Below are positions 1-13,749 of a DNA stretch of 64,000 nucleotides, piece by piece (positions within the stretch are counted from its first letter, which is position 1; the number at the start of each line of letters is the position of its first letter). The position numbers and the translations under genes were made by a program. The stretch spans positions 90,770,001 through 90,834,000 of the forward strand of contig NC_087436.1 of the NCBI RefSeq assembly GCF_036321535.1, written 5' to 3'. Below the pieces are notes generated by a model. It was not told the origin of the DNA. It saw only the letters and a program-made list of their open reading frames with translations, and made no database searches. Origin of the DNA: Camelus dromedarius. Its lineage: Eukaryota.

Positions 1-164
1 TAAGTCTAAAAGTATGTCACAGTAAAAATAAAAAAGGTCTTTTTAACCAGGCAATTTTTCAAACCAGGTACTCAGACACAGGAAAGTAAGATAAGGGCCC
101 ACTTACTGGAAGTAGGAAGAAACTAAAGTCTCAAGAACAAAAGAGTGTTACCAAGGACGTTTTT

Positions 165-560
165 TACTGTTAGTAATAGAAGCCTAACAAGACTTGATTT
201 AAACAAGCAACAACAAAAAAGGGTTTTGTAGGGATACTGGGGTAAATCACAGACTTAACAGGGAGGCTGCAGAAACCAGGGAAGTTCTGGTAATCTCCGA
301 GCCTAAAAGCAAGCAGACAGGTCTATAAATACATTTCTCAAACCCTTATGAAGCCCTTAGCTTATTTCTGAGTATCTGCCTCATGTAAGATCAGATGTCA
401 GGGACAGGCATTGATTTAACTGGCATTGGTCACTCAGGGGACCAGTCAATCACTTTAGATGCGGGATCAGCCTTATGATCAACCCTCTGTGTCATATGTC
501 AAACCCTGGGGGTGGAGGGATGGATGCACAGCTACCGTGGAGTACTGTGACTGGCAGCTG
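165..560 (-). mobile_element. Very old MaLR LTR remnant (MLT1K/L/N-like)
   Basis: Segments such as 'tagtaatagaagcctaacaagacttgattt' and 'ggatactggggtaaatcacagac' resemble recalled MLT1 consensus. Highly decayed; boundaries approximate. Confidence 0.3.
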
Positions 561-984
561 TGTGACAAATTTTACGGTTGCACTGGGCGAAGGATCAGCT
601 CCCTAAAAGTTAGGAGCAAGTATTGCAATATTACAACCAGAGATATGGTTTGAGTGAAGATAGATTCCAATCCCTCATCAAGGGTGGGCCCTAATTTTTC
701 CAACTTAATGCATTGGATAATACGCCTTGGACAAGAAATGTAAAGCCAATACACTGGTAAGAGTTGAGCAAGAGAAGAGAAAAAACTAGAATTTGATGAC
801 ATTTTTTGAGCTCAAGGAGACCATAACTGAAGCCAGTTCCACCACTGAACTAATTAATAGAACCAATAAACTTCTTTGCTTATATCCAGTTGGGGGTAGT
901 TTTCTGTCACCTGCATCAGAAATATCCTGACTCAAGTGTTCTACTAACAAAAGAAGAGGGAAAAAAATGCATGGTGTTCCCGCA

Positions 985-1000
985 ACACACACACACACAC
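985..1000. repeat. (AC)8 microsatellite
   Basis: Directly visible. Confidence 0.95.
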
Positions 1001-1549
1001 TTTAATGGAGAGCTTTCATCACTATAAGTAGAAAACAAGATCAAATCAAACTCAAAATAAGCTTATCTTGATGGTGAATCAGTGTAACTCAAACGTTCTT
1101 TAGATCCACTTAACAGACACAACCTCCATCTTAGTGTCTGGGGTAGGGCCATTTTTATAAGTGAGGAGAAAAAAGCAGAAGAGACTTGAGAACAGGGAAT
1201 CAAACATGTGATAATAATTTTGACTTGAGAACTGCAGAATTATTACTTGCCTAAATTTATTCGAGCCAAGGAAACTTATGTAGACGACTTCCAAGAGATG
1301 TACACTTTCCTTACCCTATTAACACCCATCAATTTGTACAAGAATTTGAATTAGGTTTCAAAGAGTGCATTAACTGACAAATTTCAAATTGTACCTTCTT
1401 TTCTGTCATCTTATTACCATCCCTAAAAGAGAGATGATCAAATTTATGGCTTGAAGAATTAACAGATATTGGTAATTCATTGTCTTCAGCTTTAAGATTT
1501 AAAGGCTGACATTTTGAAAATAAATGGCTGACTTAATACATCTCTCTAA

Positions 1550-1740
1550 GCTGGTTGCTTAATATCTCTATTTCTATTTTTATCTGTAAATGGCATTAAT
1601 TATATTTTCCGACCTCCCATAAGAGCTATAATTACTGTTGGTAAAGCACTTAGGTTTCCATGGATAAGGGAGACTGCGTAAGGGCCATGTATTATCCTCG
1701 TCATTATCACTGCCCTGGGCAGCTGCTCATTAATAAGTGC
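1550..1740 (+). mobile_element. MIR SINE fragment
   Basis: Decayed MIR core 'ttttatctgtaaatggcattaat...gtaaagcacttagg'. Confidence 0.55.
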
Positions 1741-1913
1741 CTTTGAGTAAAACCCCATGAAAGGTTTAATAGATGTGAGACAGAAATTGGTCAACCTTAG
1801 CCGTATTCACTGCCAAATTCAAGTCCAAGGAGGAAGAACTTCTCTTTAATTAGATCCCATCAAATGTCATCAGAAAAGGAATACAATAGTTTTAAAGTGT
1901 TTTGACAACTCAG

Positions 1914-2025
1914 CATTCATTCATTTAACATTTACTGAATATCTGTTATGTGCCAGGCACAGTTCTGGGTTCTGAGCATACAGCAGGGAAGGAAAAAAAT
2001 GCCTTTGTGGAGCTTAAGATTCTAA
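1914..2025 (-). mobile_element. L2 LINE 3' end
   Basis: 'cattcattcatttaacatttactgaatatctgttatgtgccaggcacag' is the reverse complement of the L2 3' terminus. Confidence 0.8.
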
Positions 2026-3914
2026 AGTGAATGGGGCTTAGATTCACCTGGGCTATAATTTTTTTCTCTTCTGATCCAAATCCTACTTATCTTTTAAGTT
2101 CTTCATCCAGTGCTCTGTCCCTAATGCCACTTTTATAACACACCCCAAATCACTTTTACTTTTTCCTTCTCTGGGAATATGTGTCCTAAATATTTATTTT
2201 TCCAAGCAGTAAACTGCTGCACATATGTAAAACTTTAATGTTTGCATGCCATTTTCCCCTCAAAGCATTGCATCTTTCCAACTGTCCAAGGCACCTACCC
2301 AGCACAGTACTGTATAGTGTGCTCATAAATGATTCCTTAATTAAACATGCAATATGTGTTATCTAATATTTCTCTCATTTACTAACAAGTAAATGAAGGC
2401 TCATTTAATTCAATGAGAGTTTAGAAATAATTTCTAGACATCTGTAACCCTCTGCCAGGCATCCAGGCAAGACCAGGATTTGAAGAAGAGTCAAATGTAG
2501 AAAAATAGATTTTCTGGCTCTGCTCCTTCACTGCCCACCTGCTATTGCAGAATTTCCTGCTTTAAGCAAGACATTTGCTGCCAAAAATCACTCCATTCAT
2601 CCTGCAGTATATTTCCTGGATATCACAACCATGTCAATTAGCAACCACAGGGCATCCAAGCATTATTTCTTCTAGTCTGGCCCTTTTTAATACTGTTAGT
2701 TACTGAGGCCCCAACTGTCTCCCAAACTAGATGAAAACACTTCATATCTACTTAAGTACAGCTTCCTTTTTTCCCAAGTACTCTCAGTGCTACTTATGCT
2801 GTAGCTGCACACTCTGGAAAACAGGCAATAACAAACAAACGTTCAACTTTACTCAATGTTAGGGTTTCAAACCCAGGTGGTATGTTGAATAGGAAAAAAA
2901 ATTATGTTTCCTTTAACAACATCTAGGAAATACTGATTTTGAGTCTCTCAATCTTAAGGACTCTTGAGGCAAAATATCTCCATCAGTTTCTACATCTCTT
3001 GGTTGATTTCTTCCTTTTCTCTCTTACCTTCCCAACTCCTCTCCCTCTGCTCCCCAATTAATTAGTTATATAATTAGTTAATAATTAATATATATAATTC
3101 TTAATTAGTTACATAATTAAGATCCTAGTGGCTGGACAGGGAGCACATTTGATAAATAAACATCATCACGTGAACAGACTCAGCTCTGAACCCTCAAAAC
3201 GTGTTATATGGTCAAGCTTATCTAATTCTTTGAAGGAAGAAGTATCTTCTGAAAAGTTCCTCCATGAAAATAGTTTTTTTGAAGCATCCTCATTATCTGC
3301 TCTGAAATGACTATTTCTTAGGCTTAGGCTGAATGGGACATGCATCTTAACAAAACAGTAAAGAGGACAATGAACTGGGAAAGTACAAATCAAGCAGTCA
3401 CTCTGCTTTGGTCACTCCACCACACTGACTTTTCAAATATTTGAAGGTTGTAGCAAAGAAGATAAACTTTGCTTGTGTTACTTTTAATAAATGGAAACTA
3501 TAAAAAAGTCAATTTAGACTAGTTGCATACTATAAAGTTGTAATTAATACTATTTAAATTAGCAATAATGATGGGTATTGGGTGAAGTTACTTGACAGTG
3601 AAGAAAGAAATGACCAACCATTGCTCTTGTCAGTTAAACCACCGCACCCCAAAATTCTACCCATAAACCTTCAGAAAGTGTTTTATGTAAGGAACGGCAG
3701 GAAAATGAGAATCTAATGTCACCCAATACCATTATTGTAGCATTCTGTTAAAAGCTGAGTCCAAACACATGTTTTAATCTTGGGATCTAAACAGACTTCT
3801 ACTCTCTCCATCACTTTCACATTTCTTCCTTTCTCAAATTCAAATCTTGAGATCTTGGCACATTCCTAACAGTTGCATGGAGGAAAGAAGTCAGGAATAA
3901 ACAAGCAAGGTGGC

Positions 3915-4095
3915 TAGATTCAATCTCAGCAATGCCATCTTCTGGAACAAGTCACTTTCTCTGTGCCTCTATTTTCTCATCTGTAAAATGGGAAAAATAA
4001 TCTTATCTACTTTACACTAGAGTTGTAATGAACATATTAATGCAAAATGCTTCAAATAATGAATAATAAACAGTAAGCACTCAATAAATATTAAT
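3915..4095 (+). mobile_element. MIR SINE
   Basis: Core 'tctctgtgcctctattttctcatctgtaaaatggg' and tail 'cagtaagcactcaataaatat'. Confidence 0.85.
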
Positions 4096-5644
4096 ATTGT
4101 AATAATGATCATTATATTATCATCATGACCATCCTGATATCTTCATCACTACACATCAGGTCCTAGTCCCACCTGATTGATTATTTACACTTATAGGAGA
4201 AGGAAGAAGAGAAAGATTCCTTCTGAGTTCCTAGACCCACTCAGGCATCTCCGGCCTCATGAAGTACAAGTGAGCAGTTAGATGATGTGATCTATTCAGG
4301 CACAGAATCCACCCCAATGTTGCCCAGTTTATTATGAACTTGAACTAACCGGTGAAGACTTCTCTCTTAAAGAAGTATGTGACATTCTTTTTTTAAAGTA
4401 AAATTAAAATAAATTTCTTCAAACCGTCTTCTCAGAAACTAGAAAATGCCTCCTGGGAAAGACGCAATTTGGAAGAAAGGGAGGGATGCCACTGAATTAC
4501 CAAAAAAAAAGGTGGGGGAGGGGTACAAAGCGTGCTTTTCTCCTGCAAGCTTGTCATTTCCTCTTTCAACATTCATTCTCTTTTACTTTCTGTATCTGGA
4601 CCACCACCCATCCCTCTTAGAGAAACTAATATGAACCATTGTTTTAACTACTTAACTACTATTTCTTGCAAGACTAAAATTCACATAAAATGATATGCTT
4701 TTTATAAATGATTTCAAAAGTTAGAATTTCAGGCCAAAGGAAACACATTTAGAAGATTATATGCACTTGATGATTATCATCTCATAAACTTTACATAATT
4801 GCTAAAGACAACTGAATGCACATCTTGCACGTGGACACTAAGATTATTATCTTCCTAGTATTCTGGAGCTGGGTAAAGGGCACCTCATGGTAATTGCCCT
4901 CTCTTGCAGACGTGTCTTACCAACCCAACTAAGTTGTAGAGTTGGTTGTACATATCTTTCCATAATTCCAATAGAAAGTAACATGGCTCAGTGTGTGTAA
5001 CAGGGGGTAGTGGTAACCATGATGGAAAACTGAAAGATGAAATTAGCTCAAAGTGCAACAAATAAAACCTTAAGTAAATGAGAGCTATTGTAAGAATTGT
5101 TGACTGTTGCAAAAGGTCACAGAAGATATTGATAGGGGTGTTTACAGAAAGAACACTTAATTATGATAATCTAGTATTCTACTTAATTTTCTAACATACT
5201 GACTTTAGGATTTTGTCATATCTAAGAACTTATTTAATATGTTTTAAATCAAATGACTTAGTATAAGTTGAGCTTTGAAAAGGAATTGTTAAATTAATAC
5301 CTTAAATGAAAAACCAGTATCATTAGCCATAAATAGAAAGTAGTAAAAGTAAATACAGTTAGTGAAGCAGTGTTACTCATTTTTCTTTTTTATTTGCTTA
5401 ATTCAAGGACCATCACTGATAATTACACTGATATCTTTTTTGTGTTGACTTTACATTGTAAAATTTGAGAAGTGTTTACGTTATGCCTGATTCTTTAGTG
5501 TAAATTACTAAATAATCTTGATCATGTTTCTTAAGGAACAACTCTCAGAAGCTCTTCTGAAACTTGCTTTGTTATTTCTGAGCACAGTAACTATGATGTG
5601 GCCGTTTCTCCTTCAGTTAAGTTATCACTTTAGTGCTACTGATA

Positions 5645-6007
5645 TGCTATGGACTGAATGTATTGTCCATCTCCCAAATTCATATCTTGAAACCCTAATA
5701 CCCCATGTGATGGTGTTAGGAGGTAGGGCCTATAGGAGATAATTAGGCTTAGATGAGGGTGGAACCCTCATGATGGGATTAGTGCCCTTATAAAAGAGAC
5801 ACCTGACACCCTAACTGCCCTCTTTTTTCTGCCCACCATGCAAAGATACAGCAAGAGGGTAGCTGTTGCAAACCAGGAAAAGGGCCCTGGACAGGAACCA
5901 AGTCAGGCAACCTGATATCAGACTTCCCAGCCTCTGTAACAGTGAGAAATAAATTTCTGTTAAGTTACTCAGTCAAACGTTTTGTTTCAGTAGTCTGAGC
6001 TAAGATA
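5645..6007 (+). mobile_element. MaLR solo LTR (MLT1A/MLT1A0-like), full length
   Basis: Starts 'tgctatggactgaatg', contains 'gggattagtgcccttataaaagag' and 'gacttcccagcctc...aataaatttctgtt', ends 'ctaagata'. Flanks tgata/tggta form a 4/5-matching 5-bp TSD. Confidence 0.9.
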
Positions 6008-7359
6008 TGGTATTAAATTCTTCCACAGAGGAAGTCCAAAAGACCATCTCCACAATGAAATGTAGAAAATGAAACAATCTTAGGAATTGTTTCCAAAAAA
6101 TCACAGAATAAAAGAACCACCTTCTGTATGACAAATAGTTTCTTTAAATGTCCATTTTGCAAACAGAAGACTGTTAGACCACCAAAATAGCTACCCTTTA
6201 ATTTATTTTCAATAAACCTCCATTTTATTTAAGATTAAGGCTTTAGGCATATATTTATCTTCTCAAATAAGCAGGTCAATTTTTAATTGATTACTGGAGG
6301 TACACTACATATGCTAAAAGAAAATCTATTTCATCCTCCAGAGAATGGACATATTTTTCAATGAGTATCTTTATAAAAGTATCTAGATAACAGAAGCATA
6401 GGTCTTTTATCTGAAGAAAAATTTAGAAGATATGACAATTTGCTTTATCACTTTTGGATGTATACAGAAAAAGGCAAACAATAATTCTGAATAGTGCATA
6501 TTGCATCAATCATTTATTCAAAATCACATTAAATGCTTTCTCTGTGTCAGGAACTCTGCTATGGGCCCAAGTTAAGTAATTGGTGTACAGTAGTGAACCT
6601 ACATGATATAACACAGGATGGTGTTAAGAATTTATTTGTTCTTTACGGAAAATAGAGTATCTCATTTTTGCCTCATTTAAAGAGCCCATGTGTTACTTGT
6701 TTTTAATCAAATGCATCACAGACAAAAGCCCTCAGCATTGCTAAGGCAGGGGGACAGTAAAAGAAAAAGCAGCAGCTAAGAGAAATGGAGCAGAAAGTGA
6801 AGAAAGGTCTTTGGAAAATTCAGTTCACAGAAAGCTTTCAGTATGTAATTTATTCATGGGTCCTGCAAGACTGGGTTCATAGACAGCATCCGCCTATTCT
6901 CTTGGTTGTGGTGGTCATCGCCTAAAAGTCTCAGCTCATAGCCTGAGACAGGAGGCCTTGCTGCTCAACCACAAAGTTACCCCTCCAAAGCAATACTCCG
7001 TACACCAGGAGGCTGTGAAACAGGCCAACAGATGGGTCTGGGGTCAGCAGACCTCCGGGATTGCCTTTCTACTGCTGAAATTCACTGGGCTCCCAGGATT
7101 CATCACAGTGTTCCTCATCTACTTGATGTCCTTTATTTTATGTCTTTATTTAGAGCATATGTGAAGAAGAAAAGCCAAAGCAATTATCTGATTATGTAAA
7201 GAGAGAAAAAGACTCCGCAATATACAAGAGACTGAACATGCTTTTACATTTTGTGAATTTTTTATCCATCATTATCGTATCTTTAGAATAGTGCATACTC
7301 TAAGGATACTCTCAAGGAACTTTAGAAACATTAGACCTGTACTTACTATATAAACAATT

Positions 7360-7560
7360 TATTTGTATAACATTTGTTAAGTGCTTCCACGTTCACGATT
7401 TTATTTAGTTCTTGAGGCAACCCAAGTTAAGTTTTTGTGTAACTTGCAGTAAGAAGTATTATTATTCCCAATTTTTAGAAGAGATAAAATATTAGGAATA
7501 TACTTGGTAGGTAGTGAGACTGAATTAAGCCCAAGTTGCCTAGATTTTAGTCTGGGCTCC
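7360..7560 (-). mobile_element. MIR SINE (decayed)
   Basis: 'attattattcccaatttttagaagag' and 'ggtaggtagtgagactgaattaagcccaag' match reverse MIR motifs. Confidence 0.6.
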
Positions 7561-8445
7561 TTTCTGTTTCTGGCCATCCCTCTCGGACACTCGCAACACG
7601 ACTCAACATTAAACAGAACTTGGATAAGTGCATGGGCAACTACCTCAAAAGTCTCTCATTAATGAAGCTCAGTCATGTTGATTGTGTCCACTTTGCAGAA
7701 GACCTAAGCACTAGCGGCACCACTCAGCAACGGGAGTCCTAGCTTTAAAGCAGTAGGAAGCTATCTGACACAGACTTGAAGAGTCCGTGTAAAGTAAACA
7801 CGTATCTTTGAGACCACGTGACCCCTACAGAAACCATGTCCTAGAGCGCTCGATGAGGGCTCTGAGTGAAAAATGCTAGCTCAACCAAAATGAGAATCAC
7901 CTTTAGAATCAGTTATTGAATAAAATTAGCAGCGATGATTAAATCGCTCAAAGTCAACTATGCACAAGATATTTATGAGACCAGAGGTAAAGAAGTATTA
8001 AAGAGCAGCAAAGAAAGCATCATACAAGATGGGCCGAAACCTACAAAGCACCTAACGGAACTCAGTAGAAAAGTGCCTTCCTCACTCATCAAAGTCCCAG
8101 AAATCAAAAACAAACTTGCAGGGACAGATGGGCCAAGTCAAAAAATAGGTCTGCAGGGATGGTTATAGCCTCAGAGTCCCATACTCAGGATTAGATTAGA
8201 AAGTAGGACCTGGGGAGAGCTGAGACTTTTAGCAAATTAAAAACTACACATTTGCTTAGTAACTCTATCTGGCACTAGGAATTTACGTTTCTTTCTTCAG
8301 CATTTAAACCAATTCAGAAATCTTTCACCTATGGCTTTTTCATGGTTGCAACAATACTCCTATTACATTTACAACATGAGGAGTTTTACCCTTTTATTTC
8401 AGTGTTTAATGAGAATGTCCAATTAATACAATTGTCCAAGTTGAT

Positions 8446-8870
8446 CTGTATTAGAGGAAGCTAACTGCTGTGACAAAAAGTCTCCAAAATATACAGTGAC
8501 TCAGTCATGATGGAAGTTTAATTTTTGCTCACATTAACAATCCAAAGAGGTGTTCCTGGACAGCACTGGATTCTTTTCACTAAGTGGTTCAAGGATCCAG
8601 GCTCCTTGAATTTAGTTCCATCATCCCCTCGGGCCCCATCATCATTTGCATTTAGTCAGTGAAGGGGAAAGAGAGTGAAGACAAGGCACAATGTGAAATA
8701 AAAGGCTTGAGCTGGAATTGCTCACATCTCTTCTACTCATCATCTTTTAGCTCGAAGCCATCGCATGGCCACACCGGATGGTACATGAGATTGGGAAATA
8801 TTATCTAGCTGTGTCCCCGAGGAGAAGCAAAGAGAAGAATGTGGACTTGAGTGAATTTTGTGGAAGCTTT
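8446..8870 (-). mobile_element. MaLR solo LTR (MLT1J/I-like)
   Basis: 'gctcacatctcttctactcatc...catggccacacc...gggaaatattatctagctgtgtcccc' resembles recalled MLT1J. Confidence 0.75.
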
Positions 8871-10458
8871 TACCGAAGTATCTTTCTCCAGTTACATGAA
8901 TGGATGGTTAGTGAGCTCTAAGAGTGGCAGTAGCAATGAACAAAGACTAGAGTACATTTCTGACAAGGGACACCCAAACAAGCTTGAAGCACAGTAAAGT
9001 AAGTACCAACCAAGGCAACAGAGCTACAGAGCTAAGCGGACTGCTAATGTCTAAAAACCAGCCACAGCCACAGCCCGAACTTCTCTCTTTGTTCTAGTGT
9101 ATAAGTACTTGTCCTTGCTCCCTCATAAATTTCATTATGTACAGACAGTCCCTATTTCTTTTGGTTGTGTATGTGATACTTTGGCTATAAGGAATAAAGA
9201 CATAGCCTGATATTGGGGAAGACCTAAGTCTAGAAGCAACTAGAACTATCTGTGAGGTTTTTTAGCATTAACAGACTGACACTGAAGTCATAACTTGTCA
9301 TGAGTCAAAAACAAAGAAAGGAAAATTTAAATGAGACCCACCGAGGACACACATCTCCAAATGACAGGCAAGGTGGCGGAGTGGAAAAGGAAGGCTGCAT
9401 TTGCAGGCCGGTTCCTCTTGTCTTCCATCATACTCCTATGCCTACTGGGGTTGATATGGTGTTTGGAGGGAACTCAAAGAGCAGTTGTTGTGCAAAGTGG
9501 GTAGGGATTTAATTTATGTAAATTACCACTGCAAGTAAGTGAGATGGCAGTTAACATTCCCATGACATCAGCAAGCATTTGAAGGTAAGATTTCCTAAAA
9601 TTCTGCGAGCCAAAGGTTCTTGTTCTCTTCAGGGGTTTCAAAGCTAGGGCAGGCAACAGTGACAACAACACAGAAAATTTCCAAAATCCAGGGGGAAAAC
9701 CACGTGGCTTAAGCAGAGAATGGAAAATCAGGGGTTAGCAAATTACAGGCAGCTGAGGATGCCAGCCTCCCACTGCACTTACACGTGGGGTTGTGAGCTG
9801 TTTGGTCCCTTGCTTCTGGGCTGTGCGTCTCTCTAGTCAGGAAGGCTAGCCTAGCACTCACAGCAAGAAACAACCCAATTGCAGATTTAGAAATCCCACC
9901 TTCATCACACAAAAAAGATACTGAAGGAATCAGTCAGTACCACCACCAAGTCTTTTATTCATAAGCATATTTCCTCTTTTGATGTGGACAGAATTAGGGC
10001 TGTGACCAACATTAGGGGATTAGAGTAAGTTGTTTTCACTTTAATTTTGCCCTACTCCATCCTCAAATATAGGGAATATATTTTAAAAGAAAGATAAATT
10101 TTATGTTCATTGCAGGGCAGCACATAACTGGAGTAGGGAAGGGAGGTAAGGGGACAATATGGCATCGTTTCTGGAAACAGACACCTGGAGACGTTCTCTT
10201 CCAATCATTTGACATAGATTCAAAAGTTAGATTCACCAACTTGTACTTTTCTCAGATTCATCTGACTTGAATTTCTATTTGAACTTTTCTAGACAGTTTT
10301 AGAGAAACTGGGCATTTGCCTGTGTTGCCCTGAGGAAATGTTATGCATGAAGAAGGTCCTCCTTCAAGGTTTTCAAGCTCATGGCAATGGAAAGATCTCT
10401 CTCTCACATATAGTGTGTTTATAATATATAAAAGTATATTGTGTTTGTATATATTTAT

Positions 10459-10478
10459 ACACACACACACACACACAC
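10459..10478. repeat. (AC)10 microsatellite
   Basis: Directly visible. Confidence 0.95.
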
Positions 10479-12669
10479 ATGAACTGGAGCACAAAGAAAC
10501 CTCAGTACATTGGCTCAAAGAAGTTATAAAATTTCAACCATTCTAAAATCCTCAAAAGAATAAAAATGGCAAAGTATTAACCTAACAGAACTGGATTTAC
10601 AAACGTAACTGAATAATTATTTCTGTGTCAAGGAATTTTTTAAAAACAGTGAAATATTCTGCTTTTTGCAAAGTATTTATATCTTTTTTCTTTAATTTTT
10701 ATTTTTACTTTTCTGGAAAATTCCTTACATAAAACCATGTAAATGAAAAGGCCCAAGATTTTATAGAATTGTAATATTATTTAATAAAATTCACTACTGC
10801 AATCAGCATTTCTAATTCTTTAGTAAATGGTCCAAGGAATAATTTGAGTTTAATATTTATAATTTTTAAATGTCCATTCATATGCTTTGGGACAACTGTA
10901 TACAGAGCTGTATTGTGTAAGTTTGATGGACATCACTGATAACTGCTTTAGGGACAATGTCTTCAGCCTTTTTGTTCACATTACATTAAATAAATAGAAT
11001 TTTTCTGTCTACTCTGCCTTTCATAGTATTAATTCTGGATCAAAGCATACAAATGTTACTTGCTTTTCAATTTATTTGATCTTCTCTAAAAGCCTTAGGG
11101 TATCTGAATGAAAAGTGTAAGTGATGCAAATGTGAGGAGAATTTCTTTTACCTAAAACACAAATTCAAATGGTAAAATAGCATGCTGTATAAGCCGATCT
11201 TGATAAATAGATGGAAAAAATACAAAATGTTAGTATATTCAAAACTTGGTGTAAATTTTAATTTCCATTTGGTTTGAATGGTATTTTATTGTCTCCAAAT
11301 AAACTGACTTTCTAGAGATATTTTTATCTTCTAGTAAAAAACGTGTTCGATACCCTTAAATTACCTAATTTTAGAATAAAGAATTTTAACTCCTTCCCCC
11401 ATTTATTGTGGTCATCCGTACACTTCAATACTGGCAATAACAGAATGTTTCTCTATTATAGCACAGTAACAACAATGTTTGAATAAAAAGCTTGCATTAA
11501 TTCTGTAACATTTTTCTTCTTGACTTTCAACTCATTGAAGCATGAACATCTTTTGCCTGTATAATTGGGGTTTTGTGTGAAAAACAAAGTTTTTGAACTG
11601 GCACTAGAGAACAAATTTAATTAAAGACACGATTCCTGTAATGATCAGAACATCTGTGCCATGGCCGAATAGTTCTCACTGCTTACATTTCTAAGACCTT
11701 TATTTGAGAGTCTGCATAAGCTTCATTTAGCTCTTAATATCGGACAGCTATTTGCAATTCTGAAACCTACTGAACCAATTTGGTAACTATATACAGCTCA
11801 TGTAAAGTTAATAACATCAAGTAACTAAAAATTTTAAAAGTCTACTTTAACAAATTACATAAAATAAAAATAAAATTCAAGGCACGGAAAATTAGTTAAA
11901 ATAATCTGATCTAGAGAAGATATACGTATTTAAAAATCACATAAAATTGTTACCAGAGAACTATAAAGTTTTTGTATTGAGAATTATTTCTTCCTTCTTT
12001 CATCTTTATAATGGAATAGAAAAAGGTGTTAACATGTGAATATAGACATAAACGTATATTTAATAAATGAGAATATTCCTATACTCCAAAAAGAGTCAAG
12101 CAATGGTTAAACTGTTAGGGAATGTTTTTTAAAAAATGTATTGTAGGATTTTTGTTCTGGGGAAAAAAGAGGTGTGTTTGGAGGAGGAATATGAAAAGAC
12201 AGTTCCCATTTCTAAGGAGAGAAATTAGCCAGAGAACCAGGTGAGAGAAATAAGGGGATGGGGAAGCAGATTTTATTTTCTATCTTATACACTCTCTATT
12301 TTGAAGTTTTACAATGCCTATAAAATTCTGTTTTCAGTTTTAAAAGGATATTTTCACCATAGCAGATAAGAGCTGACCTCTTCAGAAATAATGCATCCTA
12401 AAAAAGCTATCAATACATGAGTAATTGAGAAAGTGTAGGAGCACATAAGCATGGACATGTATGTGTGTAAACAGCTAAAGCCTAACAGAAATAAATGGAT
12501 TGTAAAAGATTTGGCTAAGTTAAAATACGATCAATTGTCTTCATAACAACTCTAAAAGAGGGGACCAAGCAGAAATGTATTTATCTATTCAGCACTGCCC
12601 AAGTCACAGAGACACTGGAGAATCCAACTAATAACCTGAAATGAAAGCATTTATTTAAACAACCAAGAC

Positions 12670-12800
12670 CTACTGGAGTGTAAGCTTCATGAAGATACAG
12701 ACTTCTAACTGCTTTCTTCATTGTCATCTCCTTAGCTCAGAAAAGAGTGCCTGGTGTTGATGCTCAGAAAATAGTCATCAAATGAAAATGAATGAATGAG
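12670..12800 (+). mobile_element. L2 LINE 3' end
   Basis: 'ctactggagtgtaagcttcatgaag...gtgcctgg...aatgaatgaatg'. Confidence 0.75.
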
Positions 12801-13749
12801 TGCACAGGATACATACTTGGGACACAGAAAGTACATTTGTCCAGGATGAAATATTTCTCTTGACATGCTATCTGATCTTGATTTGATTCCATGCCTAAGG
12901 AACCTTTCCATTAGTAAGCCAATCTTCCAGGCAAAGGTGATAGATATGGTCACTGGACAGTTATAACCATCATTACAAGATACACAGTATCATTTTATTT
13001 AATTACTCAATAATTCAAAATATGTCCTCCCTAACCCCAGTGATGCACCCCTGTATTGATGTTTGGCCACTCCACACACACCAGCAAAGTCAAAATTTCA
13101 GAGCCAGAACCTTATTGAGAAGAAGACCTCACCTTCATGAGAAGGAAGAATTGATTATTGTGGAATACCCTGGAATTTTTTTCTTTTACTTCATTTCATT
13201 TTGTGTCCAAATGAAACATTGCTTTTTGTGATAGAATTGAATGATTCAGATATATAAATAAGAAAATGATGGCACGTACACTTGACTCACAGAATACTCA
13301 TTTGACTTGGATCATTATCTCCCAAAATGAAGACCTGGAACAAGGATGATTTCACTTCCTTCAGATCTCACATGACAGACCTCAAAGGGTCATAGGTGTT
13401 TCTAGAATATTCAGGCCATTCTCTTAGAGGTCTCCTCATCACTGAGGATGAAGTAATCCTAAGAAGATGACAAAAAATGGCCTTTCTGTTGATAGATCAC
13501 TTAATACTACTTTTGGTCCGAGCATCCCAGAATACCAACAAATGTGGAGAAGTCTGACCTGTCAGTTGAAAACTCAGTAAGTAAACAATAGTCCCAGATC
13601 CAACTGAAAAACTGAAACATTTGGACATACTAAATTGGAAAGTACTTCTTCTGGTCATGCTACACTGTCTGGTTTAGAGGTCTTCAATAAAGTTCAAATT
13701 TTTCCATTAAAATTAATTAAAGTACCATAAATATGAAATCGTTGTGCAA

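Noticed and set aside
3055..3120. AT-rich quasi-palindromic TAATTAGTTA repeats
   Set aside because: Low-complexity sequence with no evidence of function.
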